A DNA stretch of 63,959 nucleotides, counting the filler, from an uncultured bacterium (GTDB lineage Bacteria; B130-G9), in NCBI GenBank assembly GCA_965372715.1. It is 4 parts of 4 records of this genome, joined end to end, with 100 filler letters (N's around TTAATTAATTAA, not from the genome) between each part and the next. Parts side by side here need not be neighbours in the genome. Positions count along the whole stretch, not along the records: positions 1 to 20,879 come from CBDVDH010000062.1; 3 more parts are not named here. The stretch is one strand, 5' to 3'. Below are positions 7,404 to 19,397 of this stretch, piece after piece. A model generated the notes under the pieces. It was not told the DNA's origin. It saw only the letters and a list, made by a program, of their open reading frames with translations, and searched no databases. Position 1 is the first letter of the stretch. Each line of letters starts with the position of its first letter. The translations under genes were made by a program, and so were the position numbers.

Positions 7404-9395
7404 ATGACAGACCTGGCAAGGATTGGCGTCGATACTGGCGGCACTTTCACGGACATTATCCTGAGCCGGCGAGGCGGGTTCTCGATCAAAAAGGTTCCAT
7501 CGCGGCCCGACGCGCCAGAGCTCGCCATCGTTGACGGTCTCTCGGGTGTCATTGAGCGAGATGACTGCGGCACGATCGTGCACGGAACGACGATCGCAAC
7601 CAACGCGCTGCTATCCCGATCCGGTCAGAAGACCGCCCTTGTGACCACCGCGGGCTTTGAGGACATCCTCGAGATAGGCCGCCAGAACAGGCCGGAGCTC
7701 TACGATCTCTCCACACGAAAGCCCCTGCCGCTTGTTCCAAGAGAACTCGTCTTCGGCCTGAGTGAACGGACGCTCTATTCCGGAGAGGTTCTCGAGCCAC
7801 TCACCGACGCTGCGATAACCGAGCTCGTTCAGAACATCAGAACGTCCGGCGCGGAGTCGGTCGCCGTGTGCCTCCTGTTCTCGTTCGCCAACCCGCAGCA
7901 CGAAAGCGCGGTTCGACAGGCCATAGAAAAGCTCGGCCTGTTCGTCTCGGCTTCGTCCGACGTCCTGCCCGCTTACCGAGAATACGAACGGTGCAGCACG
8001 ACCGTCGTCAACGCATACGTCGCCCCCGCCATCACCCAGTATCTGGAGCGCCTCAACTCGGCGCTTGACCGCTGGCGGATACAGATAATGCAGTCCAATG
8101 GCGGGTCGCTCTCGGTGTCGGCGGCATCCAGAAGACCGGTCGCTACCATACTCTCAGGCCCCGCGGGGGGTGCAATCGCCGCCAAGAAACTCGCCGCGAA
8201 AGTGGGCGAGCAGAACGTCATATCATTCGACATGGGCGGCACATCGACCGACGTCTCGCTGATAGCAGGCGATCTGAGCTGGAGCGCCAAGACCACCATC
8301 TCGGGCTGCCCGATAGCGATTCCGGTCATCGACATCCACACGGTCGGCGCGGGCGGTGGCTCAATCGCATACCTCGACGCCGGCGGCGCTCTTCGCGCAG
8401 GACCCGAAAGCGCCGGCGCGGACCCGGGCCCGGCCTGCTACGGCAAGGGCCACGAGCCTACCGTGACGGACGCCAACGTCGTCCTCGGACGGCTCTGCCC
8501 AGAATGGTTCCTGGGCGGGGCCTTCAAGATACATCCCGACCGAGCGCGAGAAGCAATCGCCAAACTTGCTGGAGACATGAACATCTCGACGGAGGCCGCC
8601 GCCGAGGGGATCGTCCGTGTCGCAAACGCCACCATGCAGCGGGCCCTTTCGGTGGTCTCAGTTCAGCGCGGCTTCGACCCCCGCGAGTTCTCGATTGTCG
8701 CCTTCGGAGGCGCGGGGCCTGTCCACGCGTGCGACCTCTGCCGAGCGATTTCCGCCAGGTCCGTCATCGTGCCCAAACACCCCGGCATCCTCTCCGCGAT
8801 TGGGATGCTCGAGGCGGACATGGTTCGCGACTACAAGAAGAGCGTCCTGATGCCCGCGACCGCAGAGGCTTCCAAAGAACTCGAGGCGAAGTTCGCAGCG
8901 CTTGAGGCGCGGGCGGGTGATGACCTTCGGGAGGATGGGGTTCAGCGCGAAGCCATCCACTTCCAGCGGCGGGTTGAGATGCGCTACGTTGGCCAGTCTT
9001 ATGAGATCGACATCCCATTCTCAGAAAGCTATTTGGATACGTTCAACGAGACCTACTTGCAGGAATACGGCTACTTAGACAAGGAGAAGCCCACGGAGGT
9101 CGTCAACATCCGCGTCATGGCCGTCGTCCCCACCCAACCCGACACCGCCATGCTCTTCGGCGATGAACCCTGGCCCACCGGGAACCCCGTCCTCGGAACG
9201 CAGCGCCTCATCGAGGGCGGCAAGCGCCTCGACGCCGCGCTCTATCAGCGCGACCTGCTCAAACCGGGCGCTGAAGTCCGAGGCCCGGCCGTGATTGTCG
9301 AATACTCCGCCACGACCTACATCCCCTCCGACTTCTCCTGCAAAGTCGATGACCTCGGCAACCTGATTCTGACGACGGGCCCCCTTCTGAGCTGA
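7404..9395 (+). CDS. Hydantoinase/5-oxoprolinase A-type subunit
   Basis: GVDTGGTFTD, HGTTIATNALL, SGPAGG, DMGGTSTD, GAGGGSIA, SAGADPGPACYG. Confidence 0.93.
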   Translation: MTDLARIGVDTGGTFTDIILSRRGGFSIKKVPSRPDAPELAIVDGLSGVIERDDCGTIVHGTTIATNALLSRSGQKTALVTTAGFEDILEIGRQNRPELYDLSTRKPLPLVPRELVFGLSERTLYSGEVLEPLTDAAITELVQNIRTSGAESVAVCLLFSFANPQHESAVRQAIEKLGLFVSASSDVLPAYREYERCSTTVVNAYVAPAITQYLERLNSALDRWRIQIMQSNGGSLSVSAASRRPVATILSGPAGGAIAAKKLAAKVGEQNVISFDMGGTSTDVSLIAGDLSWSAKTTISGCPIAIPVIDIHTVGAGGGSIAYLDAGGALRAGPESAGADPGPACYGKGHEPTVTDANVVLGRLCPEWFLGGAFKIHPDRAREAIAKLAGDMNISTEAAAEGIVRVANATMQRALSVVSVQRGFDPREFSIVAFGGAGPVHACDLCRAISARSVIVPKHPGILSAIGMLEADMVRDYKKSVLMPATAEASKELEAKFAALEARAGDDLREDGVQREAIHFQRRVEMRYVGQSYEIDIPFSESYLDTFNETYLQEYGYLDKEKPTEVVNIRVMAVVPTQPDTAMLFGDEPWPTGNPVLGTQRLIEGGKRLDAALYQRDLLKPGAEVRGPAVIVEYSATTYIPSDFSCKVDDLGNLILTTGPLLS

Positions 9396-9407
9396 ATGCT
9401 CGCTCTG

Positions 9408-11317
<1,910 letters not shown>

Positions 11318-11669
11318 CTTTGCATCCCTCGAATGAAAATGGGACCTCCGGCTGCACTATGCCAACCACCGTTGCGGTCGGATGCCTTTGGCCCCGGATG
11401 TATTTGCAGTGATGTTGATGCGGTGATCGGCATAGCACTGTGATATTCGCATAGAGGTCCAGACATTGTCAACCAGACTCGAGCGTGGATTACGAGGCCA
11501 AGAGCGTCACGTAATACGCCATGACGTGCGCTGGCAGGTCACGCTGCCGCTGGCTCCTCTATCCCGTCTCTCGAAGCAACTTCTTTACACCGGGTCTTTT
11601 GGGTTCAGGAACCGGCGTTTGACTCGAAGAGCAGCAAGGCGCAGTGTTACAATAAGGAGGAGCCAGGAG

Positions 11670-13019
11670 ATGAGCAGGTTTTTTGAATGCCTGATTCCTG
11701 CGATGGTCGCATTTGTCACAGCCAGTTTAGCGCCGGCACAGACGATAACTACGTTTCCATTTGGCCCGCCGCCTTCCTGGGTCCATCCGAACTCACGATT
11801 GAGGGTCGGGCCCGAGGGAGATATTTGGTTTGTATTAGACGAGCCGCTGCGCCTAATGCGGATCCGTCAAGGTCAGCTTGAATGCGTGTATGAGACGGCC
11901 ATCTATGACTATTGGGGTATTGACGTAACAGTCGCGCCGGATGGGACGATCTACATCGACAACTTTCAATACGAGTTCAGCCTCGAGGCCGGCATAACAG
12001 GAACTGGCGTTGTCGAGCCTTCATTCCAGTGGAGGCGGATCTCATTCAAGGGCACGATTGATGCGGACGGGCGTATGTTTTGCGTCTCGGGTCCATGGAA
12101 CTCCCAGGACCCCAGGTGGTACAACATATATGAGCTGTACCGAAACGCCTCTTACCAATGCCGCATGGGGCTGAGTTACATCGGCTCCATTGTAGCGGTT
12201 TCGGCAGAGGAGTTCTGGATCGTCAGCTCGTATAGTAAGTACCTGCCTGCGTCTCTGTTGACGCTCAACCTGGACACGGGCCAAGTCGAGGCAAGCCATA
12301 CAATTGTTGGTGCGATTGCCGCAGTGCATCTCTTCGCCAAGGATTCTGAAGGCCGGTTATGGCTGGCGGCTGAGAACATCGCGTACTTCGACGGAGAGTC
12401 GTTCGTGGTGTTCGCTATACCCCCCGAGGGCACACGCGGAGAATACCGCAGCGTGAGTCTCGCCGCCGATGGGGCCGTCTGGGCGGTCCTTCTCCTTTCC
12501 AGAATGCCCCCCTTCGAGTGGGGTGTAGTCCGATTTAGTGGCGACGAAAGGCGGACTTTCACGGCTGAAGACGGTCTCCTCGCCAATGGGATACGGTGGC
12601 CGCCGTTGATAGACTACGACGGAAATGTCTGGGTATTTCACTACCAAGGCATCAGCATGATCGCCGACGGGGGTTGGCCGCCGATGCGGCTCAGTCTGGC
12701 GAAGCTGGAGACGCCGGAGGGCATCGCGGTTGAGGCGCAGGTGATAAACAATGGGCCGGTCGTTGGGGTTGACGTGTATGTGGCCCTCGAGCTGAATGGG
12801 CAGCTCTTATTCTGGCCGAACTGGCAGCCGGCGCCGTCTCCCGTCCACGTCAACCTCAAGCCCGGGCACAACCAGACCGCAACCATCATCTCCGCGCCTC
12901 GCTCAAACATCCCGCCTGGCACCTACACGTTCTACGCCTGCATGACGGGCCGTAACACACAAAAGCTCATCGGCCCCCTCGACCGCAAATTCGAGTCCCT
13001 GACAGTGGAGGTCGATTGA
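11670..13019 (+). CDS. Secreted beta-propeller-like protein with a C-terminal 'VDVYVA' domain
   Basis: Signal peptide ending ASLAPA-Q; repeated (A/D)xDGxxW turns and TFTAEDGL; AAGGAGG/AGGAG upstream of the ATG. Confidence 0.65.
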   Translation: MSRFFECLIPAMVAFVTASLAPAQTITTFPFGPPPSWVHPNSRLRVGPEGDIWFVLDEPLRLMRIRQGQLECVYETAIYDYWGIDVTVAPDGTIYIDNFQYEFSLEAGITGTGVVEPSFQWRRISFKGTIDADGRMFCVSGPWNSQDPRWYNIYELYRNASYQCRMGLSYIGSIVAVSAEEFWIVSSYSKYLPASLLTLNLDTGQVEASHTIVGAIAAVHLFAKDSEGRLWLAAENIAYFDGESFVVFAIPPEGTRGEYRSVSLAADGAVWAVLLLSRMPPFEWGVVRFSGDERRTFTAEDGLLANGIRWPPLIDYDGNVWVFHYQGISMIADGGWPPMRLSLAKLETPEGIAVEAQVINNGPVVGVDVYVALELNGQLLFWPNWQPAPSPVHVNLKPGHNQTATIISAPRSNIPPGTYTFYACMTGRNTQKLIGPLDRKFESLTVEVD

Positions 13020-13039
13020 CCGCGGCGCCCTCCGGGCCG

Positions 13040-14356
13040 TTAGCCGCTTTTGGCCTGAAGCTCCTTCGCGTAGGCCTCTTCGCGCATTTTGTTGACGTAA
13101 TCGGGCCTCTGGAAGGAATACTCGAAGTTCGTGTGAACGTCGTAGCGGTTCTCGAGAATCGCCACTACGTCCGCCGTGAAGACATATTCCTCATCCGTTG
13201 GAATGACGAGAACCTTAACCCTCGAATCGTCCGCGCTGATAACGAGCTCCTTGTTCCTTGTGTGCGCCGCCTCGTTGCGTTCCTTGTCGAGTTTGACGCC
13301 GAGCGGCGCCATGTTCTCTAGCGCCATACCCCGTATCTCAGGGCTCATCTCGCCCACGCCAGCCGTGAAGACGATCGCATCGAGGCGCCCGAGCGCGGCA
13401 TAATAGGCGCCGATGTATTTCTTGATGCGGTATGCCTCGAGGTCCATTGCGAGCTTCGCCCGTTCATCGCCCTCCGCGGCCGCCTTCAGGATGTCCCGGC
13501 GGTCGGTGTATTTGCCCGTAATGCCCAACAGGCCACTTTTCTTGTTCAGGGTCTTCTCGACCTCCTGCACCGTCATACCAGTTTTGTCGCAGATGAACGG
13601 TATTATCGCCGGATCAAGGTCGCCGCTTCTTGTGCCCATCACAAGACCCTCAAGCGGCGTCAAGCCCATCGAGTGGTCGAACGCCACGCCGTTCCTGATC
13701 GCCGTGAAGCTCACGCCGTTGCCGATGTGACAGGTGATGAGATTGCACTCGAAGGGCGGTTTGTTGAGCATCACCGCCGCACGCTTCGCGACGTAAAGAT
13801 GCGAGGTCCCGTGGAAGCCGTAGCGCCTCACGCGGTACTTCTCATACCACTCGTAGGGAACCGCATAGGTATAGCTCGTCGCGGGCATTGTTTGCAGGAA
13901 GGCCGTGTCCATCACGGCGATGTGCGGAACGTTCGGCAGAACCTCCATCGCCGCCTCAATCCCCTGAATGTTCGGCGGATTGTGCAGCGGCGCAAGCGGG
14001 CAGAGCTCCTTGAAAGTCTGGAGCGACTCATCTGTGATACGGACTGACTTAGCGAACTTCTCGCCGCCGTGCACGACGCGATGCCCGACCGCGCTTATCT
14101 CGAAGATGTCGCTCAAGACGCCGCGATCCTCCCGGACAAGCATGTCGATGATCAGCGAAAGCGCCTCCTTATGGTCGGGACAGTCGTGATGCTCGATATA
14201 CTCCTCTCGGCCGGGGACCTCATGCTTGATGAACGCATCTCCTACTGTAACGCGTTCCACGATGCCCTTGGCCATAATCAGTTTCGCTTCCCAGTTATAG
14301 ACCTGATACTTGGCCGACGAGCTGCCGCAATTCAGAGAAAGGATGATCTGAGCCAT
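13040..14356 (-). CDS. ackA: Acetate kinase
   Basis: LNCGSSSAKY, GHRVVHGG, LAPLHNP, RYGFHGTSH, EGLVMGTRSGDLDP, FTAGVGE. Confidence 0.96.
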   Translation of the reverse strand: MAQIILSLNCGSSSAKYQVYNWEAKLIMAKGIVERVTVGDAFIKHEVPGREEYIEHHDCPDHKEALSLIIDMLVREDRGVLSDIFEISAVGHRVVHGGEKFAKSVRITDESLQTFKELCPLAPLHNPPNIQGIEAAMEVLPNVPHIAVMDTAFLQTMPATSYTYAVPYEWYEKYRVRRYGFHGTSHLYVAKRAAVMLNKPPFECNLITCHIGNGVSFTAIRNGVAFDHSMGLTPLEGLVMGTRSGDLDPAIIPFICDKTGMTVQEVEKTLNKKSGLLGITGKYTDRRDILKAAAEGDERAKLAMDLEAYRIKKYIGAYYAALGRLDAIVFTAGVGEMSPEIRGMALENMAPLGVKLDKERNEAAHTRNKELVISADDSRVKVLVIPTDEEYVFTADVVAILENRYDVHTNFEYSFQRPDYVNKMREEAYAKELQAKSG

Positions 14357-14691
14357 AATGCCCTCTTCTTATGGGTTTCGGTTTACCTTCAGGCGCGATC
14401 CTGCCAATCTACTGGCGAAAAAGCCTTTATACCACAAGACCTGACCCATGCAAGTATAATCATCGAGAAGGGTCTCCGTAAGACGGAAACGGGAGAAAAG
14501 GAAAAAAGGAGAAAGGGACAAAAGGAAGGTGAACGCGGGCGCCGTGTTCATTTGCAGCACTATTGTCGTAATCGCCCTGTAGGGGCAGGCCCCCGTGCCT
14601 GCCTAACATCTGAATTCACATCAAAGGCGGGCGGCTCGTGAGCCGCCCCTACGAAGGGGTCGATTTGCGGGGAGTCCCCAGGAGGAGAAGA

Positions 14692-15582
14692 TTGACCATT
14701 GACGAAATAATCAAACAGGTATCAGCAATCCTCGCGGACGCTGGCGTGTCAAGCCCGCGCCTCGATGCGGAGCTGCTCGTAGCCCATTGCCTCGGCATTG
14801 AGCGCGACGTGCTGCCCTTGAAGGGCCGAGAGACGCTCAGTGAAGAGCAGGCGCAGCGCGTCAGAAGCCTGGCGAGGCGCCGGGCAAACAGGGAGCCAAT
14901 CCAGTACATTCTTGGTCATCGGGAGTTCTGGTCAATAGACCTCGTCGTCAGGGAGGGCGTCCTGATCCCACGCCCAGAGACCGAGACGCTGGTTGAGGCG
15001 GCGATTGAACACTTGAGCGCTCGCTCCCATCCCGACAGGACCGCCGCCCGTCCTCTCATACTAGACATTGGCACAGGCGGCGGGGCGATCGCGATCGCAA
15101 TCGCAAAGGAACTTGACAGAATATGCTGGATAATCGCAACCGACATCTCGCGTTCGGCCGTTGCTGTGGCCAGGATAAACCTGTCGCGCAGAGACCTGGC
15201 GGACATAATAACACTCGTCCAATGTAACATGGCAGACGCGCTTTCGGCCGATGCGCTCGCAGGCAAAGTCGATCTGATCGTCTGTAATCCGCCCTATATC
15301 CCTACCCAGCAGCTGAAGGAGCTTCAGCCCGAGATCAGTCACTTCGAGCCAACGATCGCGCTCGACGGAGGCGCCTCCGGTCTGGACTTCTATCCACGCC
15401 TGATGGAAATGGCTTCAGTCCTACTTACAATCGGCGGAGCGCTTGTCTGCGAGATCGCCCCCGACATGCCGGCTGACATCAGAAGTATTTGGCGGGCCTA
15501 CCGGAGATTCTTGGGCGAGCCCAAATTCGTTGCCGACCTCAGCGGCCGCCCGCGCGCCGTCGTGCTCCGGAGACAGGTCTGA
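14692..15582 (+). CDS. prmC: Release factor glutamine methyltransferase (HemK)
   Basis: PRLDAELL, EPIQYILG, VLIPRPETE, LDIGTGGG, NPPY; TTG start after GGAGGAG. Confidence 0.93.
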   Translation: MTIDEIIKQVSAILADAGVSSPRLDAELLVAHCLGIERDVLPLKGRETLSEEQAQRVRSLARRRANREPIQYILGHREFWSIDLVVREGVLIPRPETETLVEAAIEHLSARSHPDRTAARPLILDIGTGGGAIAIAIAKELDRICWIIATDISRSAVAVARINLSRRDLADIITLVQCNMADALSADALAGKVDLIVCNPPYIPTQQLKELQPEISHFEPTIALDGGASGLDFYPRLMEMASVLLTIGGALVCEIAPDMPADIRSIWRAYRRFLGEPKFVADLSGRPRAVVLRRQV

Positions 15583-15619
15583 ACAGGAATTCGTGCCCCG
15601 GGACGCCGGCGGCGACCTT

Positions 15620-15812
15620 TTGGAGTGCGGCGGCTTGACGCCGTTTTCACTGGTGGTGGCTTGACACCACTTTCTGATAGACGTCCATTTCGAACATGAA
15701 AGCCAGGATGTAGAGAATAGGAAGTCTTCCAACAGTGCTCACGCCGCGTCAAGCCGCGGCCAGCCAAAGCGGCGTCAAGCCGCCGCAGTCCAAAGCACCC
15801 AACGGGTGGGAC
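15620..15812. repeat. Inverted pair of TGGAGTGCGGCGGCTTGACGCCGC-type REPs
   Basis: Palindrome at ~15620-15645 and reverse copy at ~15765-15795; relatives near 21870, 39725, 46400, 46545 and 57970. Confidence 0.75.
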
Positions 15813-15920
15813 TCATAAAACCCACCGCGGTCGCAACAATCGCCCGTTGGCAGGACCAGAACGAGTTGGCCGCACGAGGTCCGACGCCGTCAATCTGATT
15901 TTTCGGGTCCCCCCCCGTAC

Positions 15921-15949
15921 TTGACACCTGCGAGGGAATTGGTAATACT
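15921..15949 (+). promoter_or_regulatory. Putative sigma70 promoter for the small peptide and C25 peptidase genes
   Basis: Perfect TTGACA, then 16-17 nt spacer to TAATACT. Confidence 0.5.
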
Positions 15950-16110
15950 GAAGCAGAACGGCAGTATCGGGCGAGCTTCAGAAGGCGGTGAATCATAACT
16001 GACCGGTGCCATTTTGCTTCACAGCCTCCCAATTTTCTCGCCTCTGCCACGAAGGCTCTTTTTGGACAACGGGCATTGCCCGAGAACTTTTAGCCACAGA
16101 AGGAGAACAG

Positions 16111-16233
16111 ATGGCATCGAAGACACGCACCTACGAGGCGCCAACGGTGGTAACCCTGGGTTCCCAGGAGATCACCTCCGCCCTTGGCCCCTCGCTGTCA
16201 TGCACTGGCTTCGGCGGCTCCGTTAGCTGCTAG
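16111..16233 (+). CDS. 40-aa RiPP-precursor-like peptide MASKTRTYEAPTVVTLGSQEITSALGPSLSCTGFGGSVSC
   Basis: AGGAG RBS; YxxPxVxxLG leader motif typical of RRE-bound lasso-type leaders; Ser/Gly/Cys-rich tail. Confidence 0.65.
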   Translation: MASKTRTYEAPTVVTLGSQEITSALGPSLSCTGFGGSVSC

Positions 16234-16312
16234 CAACGGGCGAAATCACAACGCACGCGACGATAGCGATTGCGCCGCGGCAAATGATCAAATGATCGAG
16301 GGAGGAAAAGAA

Positions 16313-18628
16313 TTGAAAATCCGATTCATGCTTTTGGTAATTGCCCTTGCTGTCATGGGCAACTGGGCGGCGGCAGACGAGATAGTCGTCGAGTTCACGC
16401 CCGGCGAATACACAATTGAGGACGTGGAGAACGGCGAGATAATCCGCATGGAGGGCTTCGGCCAGGGCGGGTCTCCGGGTTCCCCGATGCTGCCTTCGAA
16501 GACCTACTACATAGCTCTACCCCCAGACGTCGTGTGGGATTCGATCTCACTCTCGGTTGTCGAGAAGAGCGAGGCGAATCTCCCCAGCGTTTATGACATC
16601 GCGGCAGGCCCTCCGGCGCTCACACGGGGCGATGAAGGACAAGATGTCTTAGATTGGGGCGATGCCACAAACATCATGGACGGCAGAGATGTAGATGTTT
16701 ACGCGACGGACGCGTATCTGCCCGCTCAGTCAGCCCAAATCAGCGCCTTCAGCCAGATGAGGAAGTGGAAGTTCGTCCGCGTGGACTTCAGACCCATGAG
16801 GCACAATCCTGTATCGAGGCAAATACTATATTGTGACGGGATGTCCGTGAAGATCGCATTTGCACGTGATCCCAATCTCATGGATCCGGATCTTTTGGCG
16901 GATCAGGCAATGGACTCGGAAGCTGCTGAGATGTTCTTGAACTATCATTCCGCCGGGTCTTGGTATCTCCCCAATGGGATGCGCCCTCTTGGTCAGGGTG
17001 ACAGCTTCGATTACGTGATCATCACGACTGAGGCAATACGGACCAATGTAACTGAATTGAGCAACCTAAAGACACATCTTGAGAACCTAGGCCATAGCGT
17101 GCTTATCGTTACCGAGGACGACAGCTATGGGGACACTTCTCCGAAGGCTGGCGGCTACGGTTCTGCTGACGCTGACGCGATTAGGGCTTGGCTGATGGAT
17201 ACGTATGCCGACTATGGCATAGAGTACGTGCTACTGATAGGCGATCCGGACCCCAATGACGGCTGTGTCCCAATGAAGATGTGCAAGCCCTACAACACAA
17301 ACACCCCCACAGATTACTATTTCGCTGACCTTACCGGCGATTGGGATTCCGATGGTGATGGTGTCTATGGTGAGTACGGCGAGGACAACGTTGACTTTGC
17401 GGCAGATGTTCTTGTCGGTCGCATTCCCTTCTACAAGAATGCGGCAGGGGGTCCTCTTTATGGTAATGTAGATGCCATAATGCAGAAAGTGATTGATTAC
17501 GAGAATGCCGCTGGCGATCTCGATTGGCGTCTTTCAGCTCTTCTGCCTGAGTCCTACACCCACGATTATGTCTCAATGGACGGCTCCTATTATGGCCGGG
17601 CGATGGAAACCGAGTTCTTCCATCCAGAAGGCTTCTCGACGTGGGAGATGTATATGACCGGGACATCTGGCTGCGACTCTCATTACACGCCAGATGAGGA
17701 GCTTACGGGGGAAAGCGGGAACCCATTCTCCAATCGCGGCGGCGTAACCTACGACAATTGGTCGGCCCAGGCTTACGGCATGATGTGGTGGTTTGGTCAC
17801 GGAAACTGGCAAGGAACTGGCATTGGCTATGGATCAGGTGATTGCGACCGCGACCAGATGTTCTTCTACACATGGTGTGAAGACCTGGACAACGACCAGC
17901 CAGCGTTAACATTCCTGGGGAGTTGCCTGAACGGTGAGCCAGAAGAAGAGGAGAATATGGGCTACTCGCTCCTTTTGGAGGGGGCTGTCACTGTGGTTTC
18001 TGCTTCCAGGAACTCTTACGGTTGGGGGAGCTCGAATCCCTTTGACTCGAGCACTGATGAGGGAGACCTGCTGCATATCGGCTATTGGTACGGCTATTAT
18101 GTAGCCCATTACGGTGGGCCGTATGGTCAGGCTGCAAAAGCGCTATATAAGACCAAGAACGACCTCCGTCACAACTACCATGCATGCGAATGGCAGAACT
18201 ACTTCGGCTTCAATCTATACGGTTGCCCGCACACACGCCTCGTCGGCGACCTAAATAACTATATCAGGCTAGAGAGCTTCGAGGCGCACGCTAGGGGCCG
18301 CAACATCGTGCTGACCTGGGAGACCGGGGCTGAGATCGACAACGCAGGCTTTCTAATCTATCGCTATGACGGCAATGAGCGCAAGGCCATAAGCCGCCTG
18401 ATCGAGGCCGAAGGCAGCGCGGCTGCCGGCGCCTCATACAGGTTCGTTGACAGCAACGTAAGACCGGGCGTTACGTATCAATACTGGCTGGTTGACATCG
18501 ACACGAATGGGACATGGACAGCGCACGGCCCCGTTCGCGCCCGCATCAACATCGAGCCAGCCGGCGTTCGAATTCGCCAGACAACGAGAGATCGAGCGAG
18601 TGGCAATGCCGCGGCAATAGCGAGATAG
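16313..18628 (+). CDS. Secreted C25 (gingipain-family) cysteine peptidase with propeptide
   Basis: GGAGG then TTG; signal peptide; GSPMLP propeptide; YVLLIGD, DYYFADL, VGRIP, catalytic GHG and SCLNG; C-terminal LTWETGAEIDNAGF domain. Confidence 0.85.
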   Translation: MKIRFMLLVIALAVMGNWAAADEIVVEFTPGEYTIEDVENGEIIRMEGFGQGGSPGSPMLPSKTYYIALPPDVVWDSISLSVVEKSEANLPSVYDIAAGPPALTRGDEGQDVLDWGDATNIMDGRDVDVYATDAYLPAQSAQISAFSQMRKWKFVRVDFRPMRHNPVSRQILYCDGMSVKIAFARDPNLMDPDLLADQAMDSEAAEMFLNYHSAGSWYLPNGMRPLGQGDSFDYVIITTEAIRTNVTELSNLKTHLENLGHSVLIVTEDDSYGDTSPKAGGYGSADADAIRAWLMDTYADYGIEYVLLIGDPDPNDGCVPMKMCKPYNTNTPTDYYFADLTGDWDSDGDGVYGEYGEDNVDFAADVLVGRIPFYKNAAGGPLYGNVDAIMQKVIDYENAAGDLDWRLSALLPESYTHDYVSMDGSYYGRAMETEFFHPEGFSTWEMYMTGTSGCDSHYTPDEELTGESGNPFSNRGGVTYDNWSAQAYGMMWWFGHGNWQGTGIGYGSGDCDRDQMFFYTWCEDLDNDQPALTFLGSCLNGEPEEEENMGYSLLLEGAVTVVSASRNSYGWGSSNPFDSSTDEGDLLHIGYWYGYYVAHYGGPYGQAAKALYKTKNDLRHNYHACEWQNYFGFNLYGCPHTRLVGDLNNYIRLESFEAHARGRNIVLTWETGAEIDNAGFLIYRYDGNERKAISRLIEAEGSAAAGASYRFVDSNVRPGVTYQYWLVDIDTNGTWTAHGPVRARINIEPAGVRIRQTTRDRASGNAAAIAR

Positions 18629-18806
18629 AACAAAAGCACAGAACAGACATCAACTGAATGAGAGCGGGGCTGCGATCCATACGGGTTGCGGCCCCGTCGT
18701 CTTTCTTGCAAAAGCCTATCGTCATCGATACTCTTGTTCCCGCATTAGACTGGCGGCGTCTTGCACGACGCTGTCGTAAAACCAGTCATCTTGAAAGGGA
18801 GATAGG

Positions 18807-19397
18807 ATGGCATATACGGGCGATACCCGCGCCGCAGTTCGGCGCGTCGGGCAGTTGGTTGCGCTGATCGCTGTGTTGGTTATGTTTTCGGCTCTAGTAG
18901 TTCAAACCGGCTGTTCCGGAGACGACGCCGGGGATTCGGGCCGGGGTGGCAAGTCGAACCGAACGTCAGGCGACGAAGGCGATGCCCCGAATTTCAAGCT
19001 GAAGTCGCTCGATGGGGAGATGGTGGAGCTGAAGTCGCTCAGGGGGAAGATCGTCGTCATCGATTTCTGGGCCACGTGGTGCCCCCCCTGCCGAATCACG
19101 CTGCCACTTATGAACAAAATCTATGAGAAGACCCGCGGCAAGGACGTCGAGGTGTTCGGCATCTCAACAGACCGCATATCGTCGGAGAAGGTCAAGGAGT
19201 TCGTCAAAAAGAACAAGATATCAATGCCGATCCTTCATGACAGAAACGGGACCGTCTCAAGGAAATACGGCATCAGAGGCATCCCGGCGATGTTCATCAT
19301 CGATCAGCAGGGAGACATCTACGACAGACGCGTGGGCGCTGACCAATTACTTGATAAAAAGGTGCTTAAAAAGATCGACCAGCTTCTGGGAGAATGA
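18807..19397 (+). CDS. TlpA/ResA-family thioredoxin-like lipoprotein
   Basis: APNFKL, DFWATWCPPC, YGIRGIP; lipobox-like TGC. Confidence 0.9.
   Translation: MAYTGDTRAAVRRVGQLVALIAVLVMFSALVVQTGCSGDDAGDSGRGGKSNRTSGDEGDAPNFKLKSLDGEMVELKSLRGKIVVIDFWATWCPPCRITLPLMNKIYEKTRGKDVEVFGISTDRISSEKVKEFVKKNKISMPILHDRNGTVSRKYGIRGIPAMFIIDQQGDIYDRRVGADQLLDKKVLKKIDQLLGE

Noticed and set aside
14638-14691. Upstream GTG start for prmC
   Set aside because: It lies inside a REP; TTG 14692 has a strong GGAGGAG RBS
16111-16233. Calling the peptide a true lasso peptide
   Set aside because: No Asp/Glu ring acceptor in the core and no lasso cyclase or peptidase nearby
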